The position numbers were made by a program, and so were the translations under genes. Below are positions 18,377-25,720 of a DNA stretch of 52,523 nucleotides, piece by piece. The stretch comes from Acholeplasmataceae bacterium (lineage in GTDB: Bacteria; Bacillota_I; Bacilli_A; Acholeplasmatales; UBA5453), in the NCBI GenBank assembly GCA_028685975.1, contig JAQUCY010000001.1:1-52523 (forward strand), given 5' to 3'. The notes beneath the pieces are model-generated. The model ran no database searches. It saw only the letters and a program-made list of their open reading frames with translations, and was not told the DNA's origin. The stretch's first letter is position 1, and every line of letters begins with the position of its first letter.

Positions 18377-19383
18377 TTTAAAGCCTCTTGTAACCTTCTT
18401 ATTGAGTCCATCATATGATCGAAACGTTCTAGTCTTAGTGATTGAGCACCGTCAGACAAAGCTTCTTCTGGTTTAGGATGGATTTCAACTATAATCCCAT
18501 CAGCACCGACTGCTAAACTTGCTAAAGAAAGTTTCTCAATCATTGTATAACGTCCGCTTGCGTGCGATGGATCAACTATAACAGGCAGGTGCGATAACTC
18601 TTTTACCGCTAAAACGCTTGAGATATCAAGCGTGTTTCTAGTATATTTTTCAAAAGTTCTTATTCCTCTTTCACATAAAATAACGTTAGGATTTCCCCCT
18701 TTTAAAATATATTCTGCACTCATTAGCCATTCTTCTATCGTTGCCGAAATCCCTCTTTTTAAAATGATTGGTTTTCTAGTTCTTTCGCCTAATGCTTTAA
18801 GAAGGCTAAAATTTTGCATATTACGTGCGCCAACTTGGTAAACATCAACATATTTCTCAAAGGCATCCAAATCATCCATATCCATGATTTCAGAAACAAC
18901 AGCTAAATGATACTTCATCCCTATTTCATGTAGTATCTTTAATCCATCAATTCCTAAACCTTGAAAAGAATAAGGTGAGGTCCTTGGTTTAAAAGCGCCA
19001 CCTCTAATCATCTTGACACTATTTTTAACTAAATTTTGTGCAACCTCATCAGTTATCTCATAAGTTTCCACAGAACAAGTTCCTGCAATTATTCCAAAAT
19101 GATTCCCACCTACATAAATATCATCTTTAATATGTACTATAGTGTCATGATTATCAAACGTACGACTAGCGAGTTTATAAGGTGATTGTACCCTTGTCGC
19201 CTGTAAAACGCCCTCAAATGCTTCAATATCAGATGGATTTAAGCTTTTTGTGTCACCAATTACCCCGAATATAACAACATTTTCGCTAGACACATCTTTA
19301 ATGCTAAACCCTTTATATTGTAAAAAATCAATTAATTTTTGCGTTTGTTGTTTTGTACTATCATGTCTCATTTGAACTATCAT
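18373..19383 (-). CDS. aroF: 3-deoxy-7-phosphoheptulonate (DAHP) synthase, type I-beta, with an N-terminal ferredoxin-like regulatory domain
   Basis: 336 aa. The ~70-aa N-terminal extension is followed by a KDO8PS/DAHPS-like barrel (GGAFKPRTSPYSFQGLG, VDPSH). The architecture matches the Thermotoga-type DAHPS. Confidence 0.88.
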   Translation of the reverse strand: MIVQMRHDSTKQQTQKLIDFLQYKGFSIKDVSSENVVIFGVIGDTKSLNPSDIEAFEGVLQATRVQSPYKLASRTFDNHDTIVHIKDDIYVGGNHFGIIAGTCSVETYEITDEVAQNLVKNSVKMIRGGAFKPRTSPYSFQGLGIDGLKILHEIGMKYHLAVVSEIMDMDDLDAFEKYVDVYQVGARNMQNFSLLKALGERTRKPIILKRGISATIEEWLMSAEYILKGGNPNVILCERGIRTFEKYTRNTLDISSVLAVKELSHLPVIVDPSHASGRYTMIEKLSLASLAVGADGIIVEIHPKPEEALSDGAQSLRLERFDHMMDSIRRLQEALK

Positions 19384-19431
19384 GAATAACGCCTCTTTTT
19401 CTTTGATATAACATCATTTATAGTTTCAATA

Positions 19432-19464
19432 ATATTACCATAATTGCCTGTTTTTTACAACAGG
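19432..19464 (-). promoter_or_regulatory. aro operon promoter with an inverted repeat over the -35 box
   Basis: The minus strand reads TTGTAA - 17 nt - TAATAT with TGG immediately upstream of the -10. The inverted repeat CCTGTT-GTAAAA-AACAGG (19447-19464) overlaps the -35. Confidence 0.5.
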
Positions 19465-19509
19465 ACAATCAATGTTTAACTAGGTTATCTCACTCTTATT
19501 CAACTAAAT

Positions 19510-19538
19510 AAAAAAAGACATTACCGAAGCAATGTCAA
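19510..19538 (-). terminator. Terminator after the starch-locus lipoprotein gene
   Basis: The minus strand reads GACATTGC-TTCG-GTAATGTC (8 bp including one GU, with a TTCG tetraloop) followed by T7. Confidence 0.65.
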
Positions 19539-19554
19539 TTTTTTTTAGTTTTTA

Positions 19555-20127
19555 CTAAGCCTTTGGAACTAATCCTAAGAATCTTTCAGCAGTTTTACCT
19601 GCGCCTTTTTCAGCAAATACAATGTAGTAAGTACCAGCTTCAAATGCGATTGGGTTATCATTCCATGTACCAGCGCCATCAACGTTTTCTTCAACGAATG
19701 ATGGAATATATAACTCTTCAGGTGTTAAATTCTTGATTTCACCAGATTCTGGAGATTGTGCCCAGAAGTCTACGCTGTCTTTGTCAGCAGCGTCTGTTCT
19801 AATAATCTTCACTGTTAAGTTACCATCAACGACTACTTCTTCACCATCAATAGTATATGAAGCAGTCCAACCAGCTTCACCTGTAGGTAATGTGATTTCT
19901 AAGATATAAAGAGCTTCCACACCTTTAAGTGCACTCTTAATTGAAGCAACTCTTTCATCTGAAAGCTTAATAGCTTCCATTTTGAAATCATCTTGTGCTG
20001 ACCAACCATTAAATTGTCCAGTTGCATAATATGCTTTTCCTTCGTTCTCTAATATTTCATCAGAGCCACAAGCAGTTAAACCAAATGTTGCAACTAATGC
20101 AACTACCAAAACTAATAATTTTTTCAT
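19555..20127 (-). CDS. Lipoprotein of unknown function; candidate glucan-binding surface protein
   Basis: Lipobox in MKKLLVLVVALVATFGLTAC-GS. Aromatic motifs GQFNGWS, GWTASY and GTWNDN. It is the last gene of the maltodextrin locus. SD AAAGGAGA. Confidence 0.75.
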   Translation of the reverse strand: MKKLLVLVVALVATFGLTACGSDEILENEGKAYYATGQFNGWSAQDDFKMEAIKLSDERVASIKSALKGVEALYILEITLPTGEAGWTASYTIDGEEVVVDGNLTVKIIRTDAADKDSVDFWAQSPESGEIKNLTPEELYIPSFVEENVDGAGTWNDNPIAFEAGTYYIVFAEKGAGKTAERFLGLVPKA

Positions 20128-20156
20128 ACTGTTCTCCTTTTTCTAATTATAGTTTT

Positions 20157-20165
20157 ATTATATCA
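20157..20165 (-). promoter_or_regulatory. Internal extended -10 promoter candidate for the lipoprotein gene
   Basis: The minus strand reads TGATATAAT in the 64-nt gap after the GH13 gene. Confidence 0.3.
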
Positions 20166-20191
20166 CGCTTACGCGTTAGTACCTAAATAAA

Positions 20192-21775
20192 TTATTGTAA
20201 CAATACACTGGTATATGCACCAATTGTGAGTTTATTTTCATCCAATGATGCTTCTTCCATTCCGACATATACCAATAATTTTTCAAACTCTAAGCCATAT
20301 TGACTAAAATCGATTTCTATCGCGGTATCCATCGTATTATGGAAGATTCCAATTGTGCTATCTTCGTATGTGGTTTTAAAACCACCAAATGTTTTATGTC
20401 CATCAAAGTATAACGGTTCATAGGTCCCTCTTGATACTTCTGGATAAGCATTTCTAATCATTATTAATTTTTTATAATGATTGTAAAGTGATTTTGAATC
20501 GCTAATTTGAGACTTAACTGTGCCATTAGTTTGTAGCTTAGGATCATAAGTTGATCCAATTGGATCTTCAACTGTGTCCTTATCGCCCCATAACATGGCG
20601 AGTCTTCGATTGGCATCCGTGTTTTCGCTACCACGTGTTCCTTTCATACCTATTTCTTCACCATAATAGATAAAAGGTGTCCCATAAGATAGTAAGTATA
20701 AATTAGCTGCACTATAACTTTTCCCCCCTGTTAAGTACCCGGCTGATCTATTTTGATCATGGTTACTAATAAATGGGGTTAATATTGCATCTTCGTTAAC
20801 CGATTGAACACTATTTCTATAATTGTTTAAGTATTCAACATAACGGTTCACAGTTTCATAACCGATAGCGGTTGAGGCAATCCAGCCTTCTTGACCACTC
20901 ATATCAAAATCAAAATTGGAAAATGGTTCGTAGTAAGGAATCAATTCAGGGTTTGCACTCCATACTTCACCGACCACGTAAATATCTTCTTTTATCTTTT
21001 TGGCTTCATCCATAAACCAATTCCAAAAAGTTATATTGCGTTCATGTTCATTTAAGAAAACATATTTAGCCGCATCCAATCTAAACCCGTCAACACCTAA
21101 ATCAACCCAAAACTGGACAATATCGATAAATTCAGCTTTTACATCTTCATTATCAAAATTCAGTTCTGGCATGCTACTTGAAAAGTTTCCTTCATAAAAG
21201 TACTCGTTATCGATTGGATAATAGGTCTTTCCCATCGTTTTGGTTTCTTCTGTATATAAACTATAGTAGTTATAGTATTTATTGGTTGTGTCCCCTTCTA
21301 TAACTGCTTTAGTAAATGCTTTAAACCATGGATGATCTTTGGAAGTATGGTTCATAACCAAATCAATAATTACTTTAATCCCTCTTTTTTCAGTTTCCTC
21401 TAAAAAGGTTTGAAAATCTTCTAGTGTTCCATAATTTGAATCAATGTTTTTGTAATCTCTGACATCGTATTTGTGATAACTGTTTGATGGCATTATCGGC
21501 ATTAACCATATTCCCGTAATACCTAAGCTTTTACCACTATTAGGATCGCCATCATTTAAGTAATCTAGGCGGTTAATCATTCCTTGAATATCGCCAATCC
21601 CATCTTTATTGGAATCACTAAAACCTCCAACAAAGATTTCATAATAAGTTCTATAATTATCATCAATCATATTAGCCTTTAAATTATCATCTTTTATAGT
21701 TGCTTCTTTTTTCACACAACCACTTAATAACCCAACTGAGACTATAAGTGTAAGCAGTAATAGTTTTTTAATCAT
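20192..21775 (-). CDS. GH13 alpha-glucan hydrolase (alpha-amylase family) lipoprotein
   Basis: Lipobox LLSGC. GH13 regions VIIDLVMNHTS, GVDGFRLDAAKY, YVVGEVW and FISNHDQNR. Confidence 0.9.
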   Translation of the reverse strand: MIKKLLLLTLIVSVGLLSGCVKKEATIKDDNLKANMIDDNYRTYYEIFVGGFSDSNKDGIGDIQGMINRLDYLNDGDPNSGKSLGITGIWLMPIMPSNSYHKYDVRDYKNIDSNYGTLEDFQTFLEETEKRGIKVIIDLVMNHTSKDHPWFKAFTKAVIEGDTTNKYYNYYSLYTEETKTMGKTYYPIDNEYFYEGNFSSSMPELNFDNEDVKAEFIDIVQFWVDLGVDGFRLDAAKYVFLNEHERNITFWNWFMDEAKKIKEDIYVVGEVWSANPELIPYYEPFSNFDFDMSGQEGWIASTAIGYETVNRYVEYLNNYRNSVQSVNEDAILTPFISNHDQNRSAGYLTGGKSYSAANLYLLSYGTPFIYYGEEIGMKGTRGSENTDANRRLAMLWGDKDTVEDPIGSTYDPKLQTNGTVKSQISDSKSLYNHYKKLIMIRNAYPEVSRGTYEPLYFDGHKTFGGFKTTYEDSTIGIFHNTMDTAIEIDFSQYGLEFEKLLVYVGMEEASLDENKLTIGAYTSVLLQ

Positions 21776-22674
21776 TAACCTTTAACACTTCCAGCTGTAA
21801 CCCCTTCAACATAATAACGTTGCATAGAGACAAATAATAGAACTATCGGTATCGCAACCAATACTGAACCCGCTGCAAACTGTGTAAACAAGTTAGAGTC
21901 AGCTTGTTCCCCATATATCATTGAATACAACCCAAATGCTACCGTTAAGTTGCTTCGGTTGGTTTCTCCGATAATGGTTTTCGCAAAGATGAAGTCCATC
22001 CAAGGTCCCATGAAAGCTGTTAAAGCAGTATAAACAATAATTGGTTTAGAAAGCGGTAAGATAATCTTTGTAAAAATCCCCGCATTCGTACAACCATCAA
22101 GTCTTGCCGATTCCACCAGAGAGTTTGGAATGACATCAAAGAACCCTTTGGCTACATGGAACCCTAGACCTGAACCAGCTGAATAGACTAGTATAAGTGC
22201 GAATAATGATCCTGTTAGCCCCATAGCCTTTAAGATGTAATAAATCGCAATCATGCTCATAAAGCCCGGGAATAAGCCTAATATCATCGATACTGACATA
22301 AACGTCTTTCTTGATTTAAATCTAAGTTTGCTCATTACATAAGCAACCGATAATGTCAACAATGTTGAAATAATAAATGTGAGGAAGGCAACAAATAATG
22401 TATTTAACCACCATTTACCGAATTCAAAGTTTTTATTAGTAAATAGATTAATATAATTATCAATACCTAAAATTTTAGGAAAATAATTTCCTCTAACAAA
22501 TCCCACTAATTGTCCTTGATCATTTACTTCAGCACTAAATGATTGAAAGACTATCCAAACAATTGGGATTAACCAAATAAGCGCTAGTATAGTTAATATC
22601 GTATACCCAGTAATACTAGAAATGATATTACTTCTTTTAATACTACTTTGCTTAATTCTTTTCACGTCTGTCAT
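21775..22674 (-). CDS. CUT1 sugar ABC transporter permease (MalG-like)
   Basis: Six TM helices and an EAA loop VESARLDGCTNAGIFTKIILPLSKP. Confidence 0.9.
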   Translation of the reverse strand: MTDVKRIKQSSIKRSNIISSITGYTILTILALIWLIPIVWIVFQSFSAEVNDQGQLVGFVRGNYFPKILGIDNYINLFTNKNFEFGKWWLNTLFVAFLTFIISTLLTLSVAYVMSKLRFKSRKTFMSVSMILGLFPGFMSMIAIYYILKAMGLTGSLFALILVYSAGSGLGFHVAKGFFDVIPNSLVESARLDGCTNAGIFTKIILPLSKPIIVYTALTAFMGPWMDFIFAKTIIGETNRSNLTVAFGLYSMIYGEQADSNLFTQFAAGSVLVAIPIVLLFVSMQRYYVEGVTAGSVKG

Positions 22675-24134
22675 TGGAAAGTTTCCTCCTCTTTAAAGGA
22701 TTTACTTCTTCTGTAGGTGAGTAGTGTACCTGTAGCTATTACCAAGAAAGTTAAGATAGAAATAACTGCCCCTTGGTTGTAATCTCCTTGGTCAATAGTT
22801 AACTTATAAAGCCAGGTAACAAGTAAATCTGTTTCACCTGCTTGGAATCCTCCTGGAACAGTTGGTCCTCCACCCGTTAACAAGAAGATAATATTAAATG
22901 AGGTAATATTACCAACAAACGAACTAATTAGATAGGGTGTGGTAATAAAAATAACATAAGGTAAAGTAATTTTGAAGAATACCTGGAATTTATTAGCACC
23001 GTCAATTTGAGCAGCTTCATATAAATCACTTGGAATATTCATTAAAATTCCCGAAGTCATCAATAACGTGTAAGGAATCCCCACCCACATATTAATTAAG
23101 ATGACCATTACTTTAGGTGTTATTCCATTCGTAGCATTACCTAAAAACTCAATCCCTTGATTAATAACACCCATATTGATTAACATGGTATTAATAGGTC
23201 CACTTACAGATAGCAATTGTCTAACTGCTAATAGGGAAATAAATTGTGGTATCGCAATGGTTAACATGAAGATTGTACGCCACATTTTTTTTAGTTTAAT
23301 GGTTTTACCATTTATCACTAAAGCAATTAAAATACCACCGATATAACAAGTAAATGTCGCAAATAAAGCCCATGTCAAAGTCCAAGTAACTACTGGAACA
23401 AATCTGACAGAAATCTCTGATTTACCATCAAATAATCCTTTGAAATTATCAAATCCAACCCAATTAAATAAATGTTGTCCAACTTGTTTAGTTTGGTCAA
23501 AATCGGTAAATGCGATTAGGATCATAAATATAGTTGGTAAAATCGTAAATAATGTTATCCCTAATATTGATGGCGTTAACATCATTAAATGAAAACGATC
23601 ATCGATTAATGAGTGTAGATCTCCATAAAACGTTTGAGGTGCTTTACCTACTTTAACTAGTTGATCCGATAGTTCAGCACTCTTTGTATTGGAAACATAA
23701 GCATACAAATAGATGATTATCATCCCTATTGTCAAGACACCAAATAGCATCATCAACATTGAGTTATCCGTAGGTGTAAATATACTCCCTGGATCAGTAC
23801 CTAAACTAATCAAATTACTTAATGCTTTATACCCTAGCGGAGTTGAGTTTACCTCTGGACTCATAACCATAAACAAAATAAATGCTACTTGGATGATTAA
23901 GTAAATAAATCCTTTGGCAAACCGTTTATGATAAAAGTTCCCCGCACCCATAATAAAATAGGATAGTTTAGTTCCAATAGAGCCGTTAACAAATCTCTTA
24001 CCAAAGGTTTTAAACCACTGGCCAATTGATTTTATTACATTCACTACACCATTGCCAAAACTTTTAAACCCTTCAACAAATGATTGTCCTATTCTGATGA
24101 AAACATTAGGTTTTTTTTCTTTTACATATTCCAT
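22671..24134 (-). CDS. CUT1 sugar ABC transporter permease (MalF-like, long N-terminal extension)
   Basis: EAA loop YEAAQIDGANKFQVFFKITLP. 487 aa. SD AAAGGAGA. Confidence 0.9.
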   Translation of the reverse strand: MEYVKEKKPNVFIRIGQSFVEGFKSFGNGVVNVIKSIGQWFKTFGKRFVNGSIGTKLSYFIMGAGNFYHKRFAKGFIYLIIQVAFILFMVMSPEVNSTPLGYKALSNLISLGTDPGSIFTPTDNSMLMMLFGVLTIGMIIIYLYAYVSNTKSAELSDQLVKVGKAPQTFYGDLHSLIDDRFHLMMLTPSILGITLFTILPTIFMILIAFTDFDQTKQVGQHLFNWVGFDNFKGLFDGKSEISVRFVPVVTWTLTWALFATFTCYIGGILIALVINGKTIKLKKMWRTIFMLTIAIPQFISLLAVRQLLSVSGPINTMLINMGVINQGIEFLGNATNGITPKVMVILINMWVGIPYTLLMTSGILMNIPSDLYEAAQIDGANKFQVFFKITLPYVIFITTPYLISSFVGNITSFNIIFLLTGGGPTVPGGFQAGETDLLVTWLYKLTIDQGDYNQGAVISILTFLVIATGTLLTYRRSKSFKEEETFQ

Positions 24135-24161
24135 TGAAAAATCTCCTTTTTAGAAAAACTT

Positions 24162-24196
24162 ATGAAACAAGCGATACATTCGTACCGCTCTTTCAT
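24162..24196 (-). promoter_or_regulatory. Imperfect intercistronic stem-loop after the binding-protein gene
   Basis: The minus strand reads ATGAAAGAGCGGTAC-GAA-TGTATCGCTTGTTTCAT, followed by AAGTTTTTCT. It is a possible partial terminator or mRNA stabiliser. Confidence 0.35.
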
Positions 24197-24210
24197 ATAA
24201 ATAGATTAAA

Positions 24211-25536
24211 TTATTCTTTATTTCCTGTGCGCCAAATCAGTTGAACAATCTCAAGTTGAGCTTTTATTTGTGCATGTGTATTAAAATTACCACCTGTATT
24301 TTCAAGGATTTCTCTGATTAACGCTGGTGCTCCTTTTGAATAGTACCAAGTATTAAATCTAGCTTCTGCACCAAATGGTTGAGCGATACCGACTTCAAAC
24401 ATTTCAATTTGTTTTCTAGCAAGAATTGCTTCTATAGAATCACCTGATAAAGCTTCAAATTCTTCTGCTGCATTCTTATAAGCAGGTAAGTTGTTAGCGG
24501 CAACATATGAGCCTTCTTGAACTTCTTTACTTGATAAGAATAATAAAATATCTTCTAATATTTCTTGTTTCCCAGAATTCTTTTTCATAACAAACATCTT
24601 CGTGTCTGCGAATGTACCTGAATTGAACACTGTACCTGCTTCTACACTACCGTAAGCATCCTCAGCTGTAATAGTGAATGAAGGTAAAACTTCAATTCCT
24701 AAGTTAGAACCTAATGCTGCGCTAGCTGAATTAAAGCCCCACGCACCTGTAATAACTGATAAAACTTTATTATTTGATAATGAAGTTTCCCATCCATCTG
24801 ATCCTGGGAACATACCACCATTTGCATTGGTGAAGAATCTTTGTCCCCATTTCATAATAGAAATAGTATCATCACCTGTACCAAAGGAATCTGCTGCAAC
24901 ACCATTTGGATAAAGTTTTAGTGAAGTTGCCCCAGTTTCAGCATTGGTTGCAAGTAGTAAGAATGAGTTATTAAATCCATCATCACCTGTTACAGTAACT
25001 GCTTTTGCGTTAGCAGCTTGAGCTGCTTCTAACATACCTTCCCAAGTTTTTACTTGGTCAGCAGTTACTAACGATTTATTATAATATAAAACTAATGATT
25101 GAGAAATATAAGGTATACCAAATGTATATTCTGTACCCCCAACAGTCCCTTTAATAACATCTAAGAATGCTCGAGGGTTTTCGTTGTTAATTTGATCTAA
25201 TAATGCTTGTGATTCAATTGGTGCGATAGCACTTGAACCGGCAATTAATTTACCTAAGTTGTCATGAGCAACTGTAAATATATCTGCTCCAGCTTCTGGG
25301 TCATCTAAGAAAGTAGATGCTGCAGTGCCTGTATCAATACCTGATACGATTATTTTATATTCTAAATCACTACCATGCTTTTCTTTATAAGCTTCGGTAT
25401 ATTCTTGAATTTTTTCTGTATAAAAATCAACGGATTCAATCCCAACCCAAATATTAATTTTTTTACCGCCGCCACAACTAGCAAGTAAAATTGTACTAAC
25501 TACAAGTAGTACGAGTGAGTAAAGTGTTTTTTTCAT
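24211..25536 (-). CDS. Maltodextrin-type solute-binding lipoprotein (MalE/MdxE-like)
   Basis: Lipobox LLASC-GGG. 441-aa family-1 SBP. SD AAGGAGA. Confidence 0.88.
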   Translation of the reverse strand: MKKTLYSLVLLVVSTILLASCGGGKKINIWVGIESVDFYTEKIQEYTEAYKEKHGSDLEYKIIVSGIDTGTAASTFLDDPEAGADIFTVAHDNLGKLIAGSSAIAPIESQALLDQINNENPRAFLDVIKGTVGGTEYTFGIPYISQSLVLYYNKSLVTADQVKTWEGMLEAAQAANAKAVTVTGDDGFNNSFLLLATNAETGATSLKLYPNGVAADSFGTGDDTISIMKWGQRFFTNANGGMFPGSDGWETSLSNNKVLSVITGAWGFNSASAALGSNLGIEVLPSFTITAEDAYGSVEAGTVFNSGTFADTKMFVMKKNSGKQEILEDILLFLSSKEVQEGSYVAANNLPAYKNAAEEFEALSGDSIEAILARKQIEMFEVGIAQPFGAEARFNTWYYSKGAPALIREILENTGGNFNTHAQIKAQLEIVQLIWRTGNKE

Positions 25537-25569
25537 TCATTACATCTCCTTTATGTTCGATTACAAGTT

Positions 25570-25607
25570 ATTTTAACATTAAGACCCCATTTATGCAAGT
25601 GCTTTCA
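25570..25607 (-). promoter_or_regulatory. Importer operon promoter with an overlapping cre/LacI-type operator candidate
   Basis: The minus strand reads TTGCAT - 17 nt - TAAAAT with TGT upstream of the -10. Plus-strand TGCAAGTGCTTTCA (25594-25607) overlaps the -35 and has one mismatch to WTGNAANCGNWNNCW. Confidence 0.45.
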
Positions 25608-25637
25608 TTGACTTACAAAACCCGAAACCGGTTACAA

Positions 25638-25651
25638 GGTAAGCGCTTTTA
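25638..25651. promoter_or_regulatory. Second cre/LacI-type operator candidate
   Basis: GGTAAGCGCTTTTA contains the perfect palindrome AAGCGCTT and matches 11/14 of TGTAAGCGCTTACA. It lies 44 nt from the first site. Confidence 0.4.
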
Positions 25652-25689
25652 TTTATTCTAATTTGAAGGGCTTTTAATTAATATTTTCG

Positions 25690-25698
25690 TGATATAAT
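25690..25698 (+). promoter_or_regulatory. Extended -10 promoter candidate for the pullulanase gene
   Basis: TGATATAAT lies 22 nt upstream of ATG 25721. SD AAGGAGGA. Confidence 0.4.
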
Positions 25699-25720
25699 GA
25701 GGTCGCAAGGAGGATTAATA

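Noticed and set aside
19384-19554. Possible T-box or other riboswitch upstream of the aromatic amino acid operon
   Set aside because: Only about 50 nt lie between the predicted -10 and the start codon. I saw no specifier/antiterminator architecture and no leader terminator.
20163-20180. Third cre-like site (GCGTAAGCGTGATA) in the GH13-lipoprotein gap
   Set aside because: Only the left half-site (GTAAGCG) matches. The right half overlaps the -10 box and is not palindromic.
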